A DNA stretch of 40,303 nt from Catajapyx aquilonaris (lineage: Eukaryota): contig KZ539015.1 in the NCBI GenBank assembly GCA_000934665.2, positions 1 through 40,303 of the forward strand, given 5' to 3'. Under the pieces are notes generated by a model, which was not told where the DNA came from, made no database searches, and saw nothing but the letters and a program-made list of their open reading frames with translations. Below, piece after piece: positions 1 through 13,400 of this stretch (position 1 is its first letter; each line of letters starts with the position of its first letter). A program made the position numbers and the translations under genes.

Positions 1-215
1 CATATTAGAGTAACGTGCTTACGCCCCAGCAGCGAAAATTCGCCGCTGTCCGCAGTCTTTCGTGGTGATTGTAAGAACTTTATGACCGCCCCTCGTACGT
101 GACCATATCTGTCAACGACTTGGGTCTCCCATTACGAAAGTCCTTCCAAAAGTGGTAGGCCTACTGCATAATTACACATACGTGATGAGTCACCATGGAC
201 AAACACAGTCTCCCA

Positions 216-313
216 GCTGGGCCACCTGGAGCTAGGCCTAGCTGGGCCACATGGAGCTAGGCCTGGCTGGGCCACATGGAGCTAGGCCTACCTGGGGCTA
301 GCTCCACGTGGCC
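216..313. repeat. 25-bp minisatellite (3 direct copies plus 1 inverted partial copy)
   Basis: gctgggccac(a/c)tggagctaggcct(a/g) at 216, 241 and 266; ctagctccacgtggcc at 298-313 is a near-exact reverse complement of the core. Confidence 0.85.
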
Positions 314-1333
314 TACCTAGGACCCAGTCAATTCTATACAAGACAATTCTATATAAGATATTTTTGGATTAAGCTGCTTATCTGAAAGCAGCTACTCGCA
401 AATATTAGCTGCTGATATTAAGCACGATTGACTCGTGGAAATTCGGGCTCATTGTTTTAGTGACAGGCAAATGGGAAGGAATTAATTAGCGTCTCTTGAG
501 GAAGGGGGTCAGACGGATGGTTTTTGCTATCACTCACAGACATCATTAGTCACCAGAGACAACATACAAGGAGTGAGGAGGGTTGGGGGGGAGAGTCGTT
601 CAGCCAAGGATGAAAATCGGAGGAATCAATCCAGCTCACTCGCACTCCCAAACCATCCCTAATGGTTTCTCTCTCCACCACCCCCATCTTTCCCATCCAT
701 TGTGTTCCGGCCAGGGGAAGGTTGAAGATGTTGTGTGGTTTCCCCCTACCAGAAAAAGAAGGAGGGATGGAAGCTGCAGGATGGAGGCACTTAAGTGAAC
801 CGGAGGGGCTTTATAACTACTCCAAGGATTAGAGAGCTGGCTGGATATGACGCGGGTTGAGATGGAAATGCACCTTCAGAATAAGGGGGCGCTATTGTAA
901 CGCCTCTTCTTTCCAACCAAAAATATGACAAAAATCCTGGCTTTTAATGGTGTCATTGTCGGTTAAGTAGACATATTATGCGTTGAGTCACATTTTGAAG
1001 TGAAGAAAAATAATATTGCTCTGTAGGGTTTTCATCGTATATGCAAAACTCTGTTGCCAGAAGCGAACTGTGAGTAAATCCTGGCAAAGGAGGGGAAGTG
1101 TGTGTAAAAAAGAAAGTTTTCTAGTTACTAAGAAAAGCAATTTCCTGCTCATCAAAAGAAAAAAGTCTGGTGGCGGTTATGAGGTTGCCGTCGGTGACAT
1201 ACGAGTCGCTGCGAAAAAAGCAATTCTGCGAATTGTGAGCTTCGCGATAGTGTTGCCTTCTTGATGTGTACAGGAAGCTTATTGAATGTGCAGGACTCTA
1301 AACTTTACGATGTCTTCTTTTTCCAATTTCTAG

Positions 1334-1480
1334 CTACCAGAGCGGCGCTGGAGACAGACGTTGCGTTGTACATCGGACTGGCTGTGGCTTTTGCTGTCTT
1401 TGCTGTCGTTGTCGTTGTGGTCGTCAAGATCCTTAGACGAAAAGGCAGGGACCATTCGATGTACGACATGGCCGTCACAG
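1334..1480 (+). CDS. unc-5: UNC5 transmembrane exon
   Basis: Pyrimidine tract with TAG acceptor at 1331-1333 and G|GTAAG donor at 1481. Encodes a hydrophobic helix followed by RRKGR. The phase-1 end joins the exon at 18702 (G|AT TAC CCG = DYP). Confidence 0.88.
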
Positions 1481-4400
1481 GTAAGCCTCATTTTGTGACA
1501 TTACATCCGTCATTAGATGGCAGGAAGTTGTCCTGGCAGACCTATAGGGGGAGGGCTCTTTTGTGGAGTCAGTCGTGAAACGGCCTGGCTGCAGGCTCGT
1601 CGCAATAAATGGGTTGACTAGAAGCTGTGTATATTGTTACACCACGACCACGACTCTGAGTGACCTTGCGGGGTCAGAGGGATAGAAATGTGCGCTGAAC
1701 ACTGCATTCAACATTATTAGTGAGGCATGTAATTCTCGAGTCTTTAGCAAAGCCCTGGTACTTGTTTAATGTTGCATTTTCAACAAATCTGGGAAACGCG
1801 GAGCTGAATGCGAAACAAGATTTTGCATCCTAATGCGCCGGAAAATGGAAAACGTGTTTAAATAGTCATGAAATTATTTCTTCCCAACCCCCGCACCTCT
1901 GATGTCGTTTTCCACGTTCATTTGCAGGGAAAAAGAGGGGATTAAAAATTCCGTTTTTTCTCCCCCCGTGTAAAAAAAAGAGCTCTAAACTAATTAATTC
2001 CAAGAAAGCGGCAAGATTTTGCTCTCTATTTAAATCATCTTATTTAAGGATAGGTCCACCTCTCTGTCACCAGGCGTCCATTTTCCCATGGAGCGCTTTA
2101 ATTTTTAATGTTCCGCCAGTCGCGTCGCATCGGAATTTCAAAGTGTTTAAGGATTTCGTTGGGGGGAAGGGAACTCCCCAGCTTTAGCAGGCGATACAGT
2201 CGCGATAATGTAGGCTTTTCTTAGAAGGTTGTGTGGGAGTGAAGGGGGCCCCATCGTGCATTATGTATGAAGATGGTGGGGAGGTTTGTAAGGAGGACAT
2301 CACACTTGGCAGATGTATTTCTTCCCAAGCTTCACTTCTGATCAAACGTTTCATTTGCTTTTGCTGGAGTGTGAAAACAATCCTTAAGGGGTCCGTTAAG
2401 GTTAGAAAATTCAGCAGTTTTTATTAAGGGCGGGGTTAGCTAATTCAGATTCGGGCCGAGGCAATCGCTGCAATCGCTGCAGCGCCATCTGGAGTTGAGT
2501 GGCAGAGCCATCTGTTGGGCGTGATATGGATGCAAAGTGGCCGCCACGTGTCTTCTGCTGTAATAATATTCGCGGTTGCCCTAGTTATATCGTTAGTTTA
2601 GTGGGTTTAAAAAAAATTAAAAAATAAATTTCTGGACAGTTTTTCCGTCCATGTGTGGAGCTGACATGTGATGCGAAAGTCCATTTTACGGCCGACAAAC
2701 TATCGCATTTTGGCCACGCAGAATCAGTGTATTTCACGGCCCTTTTGCGAGTTGGGGGGTTGGATGCTGGGAGTCCGAACAAGCTGCCTCTAGGGGCTGA
2801 TCATAATATGTCAGGCGGCTTGATTGCGATGAATTTAGTCCGTGGCATGGCTGGAAGCGACGTGGATGACGAGCCGGCCTTGAGTTTCTGACCTTTTGAC
2901 CTCCTAATGTCAAAATTTAACATATGTCTGAAGCACTGCCAGAATATAGCTATTATCAAATAGTTCGCCCGAATTTTTTTTACGAGCTCCTACAGCCTTA
3001 ATAGAATCCCACGGTTTGATAGGCACGAGTTTTTTTCGCAATAAATTTGCGAGTGAAAAATGGCGTGACGGTGGCGCGATTAAATTCCGGCCCAATTATG
3101 TTGGAGCAAGAAAATGAGCATGACGCAATAAAGGGACTAAGCTTGAAGGGAAAAAGCCCTGGAAAATTTTTTTGGGAGCTTTTTTTTTGCTGTCGACTCA
3201 CTCTCTCTGTGGAAGTCGAATACTTCAAACGAGTCGAGAGTTCTCGAGGTTCAAACGACTTCACCTCAAGGGTTTAATCAGAGTAATGTAAGGAAACGTT
3301 TGACGTCGTAATGAAAGCCCTTCGCTCAATTCTTGGAATTTCAGGGTGGCAAGGCGACTCAAAAAAAATTTATTGTTTTCTTTTTAAAAATGCGTTTTCC
3401 ATCAACATTAGCACGAATATCAAAATGGTTAGTCACTGGAAACAATAGTATATTTTACAGTAACAAGAAGTATGAATTTTTAATGCAAGAATTACTGTGA
3501 TAGGACAGTCCTTGTTATTCTCTGTGCAATATCAATTGTCAAGGGATTATTTTTCTCCCCATCGACTCCCTGCGTAATATTGCGTGCAAAGGCAGCTCAA
3601 TTTTGCCGATAAGTAGATTGGACCAGCACTAATGATTTCGCCTACCTAATAATTACCAGCAGTTTGTACAAGCTTCTTCTTTTGAACTTTTACCAGCAGT
3701 TAATTGAGTTACACCTGCTCCCCAACTTTAGCTTCCAGGTAAAACCGATTATTGCCTAAAATTGCTTCGTAATTATTTTTTTAAATGGAATTTCTGCTAG
3801 TAGTGGACAGTTGTCCTGCAAGATAGGCAACCCACCATGTTGCCTACTTTTCAGGATGAATCTTCTTTTTTCCCTCCCCAATTCTTTTTGATGGCCAAGC
3901 CTTTTCCCACCCGTGAGATTCACTTAGGTGAGATTAGCCTGATAAAAGTAGGGGAGGGAAGGGATTAGAGCCACAACTCCTTTGAGCCTCCCCCTGAGAG
4001 GAGAATTGGGGGCGGTTGCTGACGTGGCCTCTGGGAATCCTTCATCCGGAGACTTTTGTATCGGATAAATCGTGTTTCTCGCTCGGAAGGAACGCTCTCC
4101 GGATTTGCTGCATCTGACAGGAATTATAGCCTGGGGAGGATTTTTCTTCTTTTTTTCCTTCTATTTCTCTCCCCTGTCCCCCCTTCCCACCTTCATATAA
4201 GGGGCCACCCACTTCTTAAACCCGCTTATTCCGCTTTTCTGTGGAATCGAGTTATCTTGCAGCGATTTCTGATGCCTTCAAATCTAATCTTATCAAACGG
4301 CATGGTCAGCCCCAGTGCTAATTCTGATGACGCATCACGTTCACATACACGTTGCATGGGATCAGTTAAAAGCGATTTTGGAAGGAGCGCAAAGTAAATC

Positions 4401-7400
4401 GCTTCATTTGATGTGAGACGTTACATTATTCCCACCAGCCCGTTACATGGGGCCAGTTAAACGCGATTTAGGAAGGAGCTCAAAGTAAAGCGCTTCGTTG
4501 CTGCCGTGTAATGCTTTTTGAGATGCCTTTCTTCGTTGAGGCACCTTTCAATCTGCTGTCTTGTAACTCCCTATACCGAAAGCGTTTTGAAAGAAAGGCA
4601 TGTAACGTGCCTCTGGTCTTGTTCAATTCGCCACGTGTATATTTTTGTTGAAAAAAGGGAGATGGAATGAGGCGAAAATTTTCTGGAGACGAAGCTTCCT
4701 GACACTTTCACATGGCCGTGAAATGGCCACAAATCAAGAAATTCCGCGTAATTAACTCGGCGTGAATGTCTTCCTCCCCTTACCTTACCCCTCCGTCGAA
4801 AAGCGATCCTCTCCTTCTTTTTTCTCCCCCCCCCCTTTTTTTTCTTCTCCCTCCCCTACTTGGTATATCCTTTACTTGCGGGGAAGGAAAAAGAAAATCC
4901 TTCCCATTTGAGGGCTAGGGACCGGGAAGAATGGCTCCCATAAAGCCATTGACTGGCTTGGTTTCCAAGTGAGATATCGCCTTTTGGAAGGGAGAGACTG
5001 GGGGGTGGGGTGGGGGAAGAAGTTTGAAGGGGGTAGGGTGGGCGTCGGGTTGCGTCTGAGTATGCAAATGGCCTGCTCATTTGGACCTTGCATTCCCCTC
5101 GCATATAAGCCTAGGGTTTCTTGACAGCAAGAGTTGTCCGGAACCGGCATAATTTTTCTGTGCAGGAAAAAGGGGAAAAAAGTGAAATAAAAGCTAGAAA
5201 CCGGCGTCAACTTAAGTCGTTTTCGTAAATGGCGGCAGTCTACAACTTTTGAAACGAGCACGTGGCAACACTGCCTAAGCCGAAAGTAATTTTCTTCAAA
5301 ATACAAGCTCTACCAGACGGTAATTGCACTAACAATATTCACTAATCACATCCTTTTACGAGAACATGCCAAAAGTTGGCAACACTGCCAACTGTGGACG
5401 TAGTACCATCTCTCGCACGTAGGTGGCGCACAGCTGATGACTCACCGCGGACAAAAATGTCATTAAATATTATCTCTACTGAAATAATTTCCAATAAGAA
5501 AATTGATCATTTTTCATATTGCAACACTGGCTTCATTGCCAAAACCTTTTGCGACTGATAGTACACTAGCAGGATACCCATGGGACATACTGACAAACTT
5601 TCCCTTTTATATCCCATGTCAAAAGAATTTTTGCAAGCAATGTCGTAACATGAACATGAAAGGCACCCTGTTTCTGTTAAAACCCGGAAAATTGCCTGAA
5701 ATTATGGCATATGTTTCTGTGTATAAGCCAAAACCTGCCCGGATGAGTCCGGCACGTGCCAGTTAGCACCAATTCAGAGTGGTGGTAGTTATCCACCAAA
5801 ATTTCCCAGACGGTCATCTTGCTTGTCTCGCTTCCAAGTTGTTTATACACCCATTTTCGTCCCATTGTTCTTCCCGAATTGGTGGGTGACTCATGCTTCA
5901 AGAGAAGTAATAGCACCCCAGCATGGAGCCTGCTTTTATGTACCAAAACTTTGAGTAAAAACTTGGCCATTCCTTACACGACGGGAAGAAAGAGGGAACG
6001 GGGGGAAGAAAAAGAAGCGGAAGTGAATCTCTTCCTGGCGGGCGAAAACTTGAGAAATTATCTCCGAATGGCCATCGAGGAGCAGCAAACCACCCGAGAC
6101 TGAATCCGACGCAACGGGAAGTCAATTACTGGAAACGACTTTTTTTCAGGCTCTACAGGGTTTTTTTTTGTACAAGTTCTCACAAAAATTAAGAAGGTTT
6201 TTCCCCTCCAACTTGGAAGCTTTTGGCAATAGATTTTTTTTTAATACTCAGGTTTTGTACGCAGCAAGTAGCCCTTTTCCCTCCTTCCAAGCCCCCTTTT
6301 CCTTGGATGGGATCAGAGGAACTGGTCGAGCAAAAGAAACGACTTCCATCCCACAAATCCAAACAACTTCTTGTTCGCTGGAGCTTCTCTAATCGCCTTT
6401 CTCCCGGGCCCTGTTCCTGCAAATAATTCGCCTCGTAAAAGTAGAGATAGATACCTCTTTACAAGCCTGGGAGGGCCGCTTAGGTGGCCAAGAGAGTTAT
6501 GCCCACTAAGGCGTCCCATGAAATCGTTCAGAAATGCTGAGAAAAAACGAACGTTATTGTGGCTTTGTCATTCGGACGCGCCAGGTCGCTACCTTCAGAA
6601 AATTTTGTTTTGTAAAAACCAGATGTCACAGACACTTAAAATCCACTTTAAGTATAACATATACCAGTAATGACTTAATCTCCTTCCTACGACTGGTTGG
6701 TTCCCCCGCAAAAGTCGACCGTTAAACCGCCATTTTGGGTTGCCTTAATTGACATCAAGGGTGGTTTCTGATTAGAACTGGTTATATGCATGGGACACAC
6801 ACACATTGCGTATAGGTGCGAGACTCATTAAACCCTGCTCCCATGAGACCTCTCGGACGTACCCGGAATTTTGGTGTCGACTTCATGCATTTTGCCACGT
6901 GCCTGGGGTGATACCGATCCATCAACATCTGTCTGGTTGTGTCCCCCAGCCCCCCTAAAAAAGGGGGGAAGACCTTCCATTAGGCTCTAACCTCTCCAGG
7001 CCCATTAGCTCGTCAATGAGCGTGAACTTGCGCTCTCTGGCGGATGCGCAAAAAATTATTACAGCGTCCAAGATGGCGACGCGACCCATTTTACCCTCAA
7101 AGTTACTGAAAGGTTTTTCTTCTTCAGAAACTTGTCATTAATGACGTCACACATTATAATTGAAAAAAATGGCAGCCATCTTAGATATTAATACCCTGAA
7201 CTGTACAAACAACCAGCCTTTCCAATAAAATGGGGCTTATCTTCTACAACCAAGCATAAAAAGGAAGATGGCGAAGAGTGATTCTGTCCCTCTGATTCAG
7301 GCCCATTAGTCCTGCTCGGATAGGTTTCAATGGTCCGGATGGATGTGTGGAAATATACAAGACTTTTGGAGTGGGGGGTTCTCCCTAATGCTAGGGTATG

Positions 7401-10400
7401 ACCAGTAGGTTGAAGTGAGGGGTATTATGACACACACTGGCACATCAATATCGCCAGATGGTGACCGCTTCAGGGGGTGGATGAGAGAGAGAGCATGGTT
7501 CATGGGAGGAGTAATTAACAAATGTGCGTTAATTCCATGCGACGATTTGTGGCCTTAACGAGTTCGGTTGGCAGACTTCACAGCGGTTTTTGAAATATCT
7601 CGATGGCCGTTACATAAGTTTGGATAAGCAGGGGATGAATCAGCCTGCATTTTAATTATTGTACGACCAGTTGGGATGAAGGGTTGTTTGCTAAAAAATT
7701 AATTGCACGGTTTTTGTTGTTCAGATAACTATAGCTTAAATATGTGAGTCAACAGTGTCACCGAGCTCTCTTGGAGACAGAGTCCCCCCTCTTAGAATGA
7801 AATGAAATTCAAGTTCAAGGGCCTGTCTCTCTTCCATTCAAAATATATTTGTTCAGCTACTTATTCTAACCTTGAAGGATGAGTCACATCTGTCCGATTT
7901 CCTCCCTTAGCTCCTCCCCCCACTCATTTGTGATGCAAAAGAAAGCAGAAGGAATGAAGGACCGGCGAGGGTGGAAAAGAATAAGAAAAATTTCAGACAG
8001 CAAATATCTTAGCTATTTCTCTCTCTCTCTCTCTCTCTCTCCCTTTCCATTCCCCCACATCCCAATCCTAAGATTTTCTTTAAATGCATCTTGCTGCCTT
8101 ATTACTAACTTTCTCCCCCCCCCTCAACAGTCCAGGACAAAGAAGGAGGGGGGATTCACCCTATAAATTTTAGGTATAGAGGGGGAGATATCTTCAAAGC
8201 CTCCGCAATCATATCGACAGCCTTTGACTATTGAATTACGTGATCCGCTGCTGATATGGACCAAATTGCTCATATTGAGCCTTTCTATTCAGGCATCTTT
8301 TGAGATAAGCCCACTTGAGCTGACACACCTTCAATACAAGAGGCCAACGAACGTTATTGTGGCTTTGCAATTTTACGTTATGACCATTTTTACCTAATAT
8401 TGGCTGACCTAATTTGGACTAACTTTTCTTCATTGTGGATACACACTCTTCAGCGGATATATGCATATCTTAAGCGGATACAGACCTACATTCAGCGGAT
8501 ACATGCCTGAATTCAGCGGATACATGACTATCTTTCAGCAGATACAACCATATGAAAGTAGGTAAGAGTTCTGCGTCTCCCGAAAAGCGTAGCCATTTCG
8601 ACAGTGTACAGTTTGTGAGCACCCTGTAGTCCGCTCATTAGAGGCAAAGAGGCCTGTACTAGCAGAGGCAGGCTTTTCCTCTTCCCAAAAGCCAAGAAAG
8701 CCTCCATTCATGACCGAGAAGAATTGCTCCGAAATTGTGCCCACCTCGCACGGAATTTAATTAGAGGATTTTGCTTCCGGAACACCATATTTTCACTCAA
8801 GAATCCCTCTTCTCTGCAGGAGAGGGAAGAGAGAGAGAGAGGGGGGGGGGNNNNNNNNNNNNNNNNNNNNNNNNNNNNNNNNNNNNNNNNNNNNNNNNNN
8901 NNNNNNNNNNNNNNNNNNNNNNNNNNNNNNNNNNNNNNNNNNNNNNNNNNNNNNNNNNNNNNNNNNNNNNNNNNNNNNNNNNNNNNNNNNNNNNNNNNNN
9001 NNNNNNNNNNNNNNNNNNNNNNNNNNNNNNNNNNNNNNNNNNNNNNNNNNNNNNNNNNNNNNNNNNNNGGGGGGGGGACACCATACATCTAGAGGTAGGA
9101 ATTTGCTGAAATAGTTTCTAGAGACGCCTGCAATTGCTGTTCAATGTATACTAGGGGGCAGTGTACCGCTTGAGGAGATTCAGTGCCAAAGGAAGGAGAC
9201 GCGTCAACAGGTCATTTGCATAATTGGCTTGCATAGAGTACGGGGGGGTGGGATGGAGGACCAAATATCTTCTCCTAAGGGGATTTACGGGGCCCTGTGG
9301 TGTCATTACACCTCTAACTTGGAAACTGACAGGAATGGAGAGGGCCTCCAAACTACTGAGATGCATTCGAGCAGTTCAAGTGCCTCGAATGGACTGGATT
9401 GTTGCATGCAGCGGAGTAATGAGGGTCATTCAACAATTACACGACTCACTAACCAGCAAGTGTGATTAAATTGAATTGTCAGCTTCAGTTAGCTGTTTTC
9501 TGCTCATGTTAAACTATGGGTATCAATACTATACCAACAGCTTAACTTCTTTTTAAAAATCCAATCTATAATATTAAAATCCTTGCGGGAGTTGGCCGAG
9601 CCCTCTGATTGGTCCGCCGCATATTGTTACCGCCACCTCTCCATTGGCCCGCGTTCTACTCATGCGCAATGGGGGTGTAAACAACTCCTGTTGGGTTGCC
9701 GGGGAAACTGTCCATTCCCCGGCGATATGGTGCGCCGAATAGGTACCCCAGGCCGTACGCCGTAGGCCTAGAAAAGAGCGAGCGAAGCGAGTGGTTTGCA
9801 AGCGTTTTCCTAGTTTTTTACCTATAAATTCGAGCGTGTAATTTACCCCAGTGGCCAACACAAATCTCCATGGAAATCCCTCGGCGTTCTTCCTGACCTG
9901 ATGAGTGACATTTTATGATTCGAAGTAGTATAACCCCGGCTCCGTGTTTCTGAGGCCTGACTTGTGAAATAATTCAGGCAGGTGCCCCATTTCCCAAGCA
10001 AGGCACTTTGGCTAGGCTGGAGACCCCGGAGGCGTAGAAACTACTCTGGACAAAATCTCCCAAAGCCAAAGGAGAGAAGGCTGGAGCCGCAGCCAGCCCA
10101 GGCTCCAGCCTCTACTTTAATCTTATTGACAGGACTTTCAGAGGAGTAACTTCGGGAGGTAATCTGCGGGGAGAAATGGCGCCTGAAACGAGTGGAAGCC
10201 GATATAGTCTCCGCCACAGGAATTATGAGCTGTAAAACTCTCTCTCCCCCCCCCCCCCCCCCCNCCCCCGAAAAAAAAACCCCCCGATTCCTACCCGGGC
10301 ACTTAGCTCTCACTTCTTTTTCTAGGCACCAAACAGTAGGGGAAGGGAAGTGTTTCTTTTCTAATCGCCTGCAACTGTCTGCTGGAATTTCTAGGTTTGG

Positions 10401-13400
10401 GAGTTGCAAGGAGGATTTTCCTCTACTGTTTTAGTTATAACTGCGGTTCTAACTCACTGGGAATGGTCGTTAAAGCAGGTAGTATCGCGGTTTTGCCTTC
10501 ACTATAGAGCTCCGAATCCCTGGCAGCCAATCCGGGCCGACCTTTATATCGCTCTCTGGAGTACGCTCAACGATATGTGTGCATAAAAAAGCAAGGGGAG
10601 GGCAAGGCCTTGGGTCATATTGTGGGGGGATCCTGGAGTGAATTTGCGAAGCCATTTGGAAAAGGGAGATGGAAAAAGAATCAAAAAGATTCGTGTATTA
10701 TGGATGCTAAATTGATATCAAAGACCTGGTTATACGTCATGCTCTGAAGCGTCAAACGGCTGTTATATCTGCTGAAACGTCAGTTTTATTAGACACGTAC
10801 AGGACAATCTATGGTTAAAAAATCTGTGTATCTTTTATAATAACAACAACACTGGAAACAATGACATTTAGAACGTCAAAAGTTGGAGCATGGAGCAAGT
10901 TTTGTGGTTACGGATTGTGACATAACATGGCTCCGAGTTACGTACAATTCGACATAACGTACGTAATACTCCACTTACGAATAACTCGACTTACGTACAT
11001 CTCGAAGTACGTACTAATACTTGACATACGTAACACTCGACTTACGCATAGTATTGTAGAATAACACACTTACGTAAGTTGAGACCATTTTTGTAATCAA
11101 TATCTGTGTCGAATCATGATCGTTTTGGACCTGCCTTCAGTTCTACCATGTAAGTGAACATTCCGTTTAAAAAAATTGGGTCAACCTTTTGCACCTTTTA
11201 CGACACCGGTCAGGAAGAGAGCACCTTTTTTCCCCCCCTGAAAGTCGAACTTTAATTGGGCGGGATTTTATGACACGTGGCGGAATCATTTCCAATCTCA
11301 GCTCCATTACGGTGCCCGGCACCCAATGGACCCCCAATTTTCTTTGCTGGTGACCAACTGAAATGGATTTTTTTTTCCCCTCTCCGGGTTTCCTGGAACG
11401 GATAGCATTTCCGTTCTTATTTTCTGGCTATTTATCCGGTTATTTACAGTAGTTATACCCATCACCTTGGGGTCCGGAATTCCAATCAAATCTGTCCCTC
11501 CAATCTCAGTTTGACGCGGGGAAAAAAAAGTAGTTGTCAGACTACTGGGGACTGAGGGGGGAATTCCGACGGTTTTTATCTGTCCCCCCCTTATTGCCAG
11601 TCCCCCTAAAATTGATTTTGATTATGAAGAGTGGGAGAGACCAACAGGCATGTGATCGGTGAGGAATCTGCTTATCTCCATGCAAATGGCTTCAGGGAGA
11701 GAAATGTCCTGAAAAAGCTTTTTTTTATTATTAGCTTTATTTTCCTGGACAGTTTCAGCTGACATAGCACGTTTTTTTTAAAGCTCCGGAATAAAACCCG
11801 GTTTGTGCAGGAGTTAGCAACAGTTTGTAAATTTTAGTCCTGGATGTCCCGGAGAGCCTTTGATTATGTTTGGTGTGCCCAAGTTTGCTTACTTCCGCTA
11901 GAGCTGTCCGACACAAGAGAGCTTCACGATTTAGTTATTTTCAGGATTTAACAAGTATAGAGTTTTTTTTGCCCAAAGTTTTTAGTCTGGCTGTACTGTC
12001 CAGAACAAGTTCGGTAACAAGATACAGTTAGTTGTTCGCGACAGGAAAAGGCGCCGTGTTACAGTTTTTGAGAAGTCACAGACTGTTAGTACAACTTCTA
12101 TCTGTAAATAATTGTGAGTCGGATAATGTTCAGTACATATGATATACTTTTTCTTCTCGAAAATAAAAGCCTTATAGAACGGCTGTGTCCGTCCGTCTGT
12201 CTGTGGACATGTATCAAGTCCTAAAGAGCAAGAGATAGCGACAAACGGTTTTCGGATTCGGATTCAGCGTGACCAGATGGTCAACTTACGGTTTTCCTGG
12301 TTCACTGTATCCACCAAGGTCAAGTCTACACCTTATACAGGGTGGACCAACTTCAAGTGTCGTTTTATAACGGCGATTAATAGCAGTGATTTTGCGATGA
12401 CGTAGCAGCGACGTGTAAAATGTCGTCCCACTTCGGCCAAGCTTCGGCGCCATTGAAGTGGGCCATTTTACACGTCGCTGCTACGTCAATCTAAAGCGCT
12501 TCTATTAATTAGCCGTTATAAAACGACACTTGAAGTTGGTCCACCCTGTATAATTTAATGTCCTTGGGTTTCGTAACCACATTCTATGTCATTGTTGTCC
12601 AATGTTGTCGTATTCAATAAAGTTGTCAGCCTCGTTTCCGACAATGCGAAAAAGTCTACTCGAATCAGGCTCGCGTGATTTACCAATCTTGTTATAGTTT
12701 AAATTTTGAAATTATTCCGTCAGGATATTATTTATTGAATTTTGACACTCTTCAAAAACTAAATTCTTGCTCAATATTTCGCAAAAAAAAAACAGAAATA
12801 ATTTCACTGAAATCAGCAAAAAATCTGCAAGAATGTTCCAAAATTCAATGGCGCAATTTTTGATCCATAATATTTTAGCATGTATTTTACACCTATTTAG
12901 ACTCCCTCATTATAGGTGTTGTTTATGTCTCGCCTCTTGTTATTCCATGCCCACTGGCTGCTTATTTACTCGTCCCTGTTGGCCAAAAGTTTTTCCGCAA
13001 AAGTTCGCATGTGCTACCATTTTATCACACAACCTCCCCGCCTCTCTCGATTTGAAATGAATTACCATATAAATAAGGTTTTCTTGCAACCCTCGCCCAC
13101 CCCCCAAAATGCATATGGGGGGACAGGTGGTAATAAGCCCCGTCGGTCATTACCCGCGGGTATGTGTTGGCATAGCAGTGACCCCTGGCAGCATCAATCC
13201 CCCAGCCAAGGAAGCCCTATATGAGTCCCCCTCCCCCCCTTCCTTTCCACAAAGTGACGACGTGCACCTCATTCCGTATATATGTGGAGATTAGCATGCG
13301 GGTTTCTAAAGACAAGCCGGCAGCGACTATTTGCATTTAGGATGCTGCTCTTTGCCGTCTAATGTTCGCTCGAGCGCGATGGAGGAACTTGCTCAACCAG

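Noticed and set aside
2655..2891. 78-aa ORF as nested gene or alternative UNC5 exon
   Set aside because: GTG start, no recognisable motif, and no convincing phase-compatible splice pair.
5000..5042. G-quadruplex-forming tract
   Set aside because: G-runs are common throughout this intron and nothing indicates a specific function.
8708..9109. ORFs spanning the first N gap (also 17944-18566)
   Set aside because: They are open only because of Ns.
9224..9469. Possible LINE reverse-transcriptase C-terminal fragment (IEYGGVGW)
   Set aside because: The resemblance is limited to a few residues and cannot be supported without a profile search.
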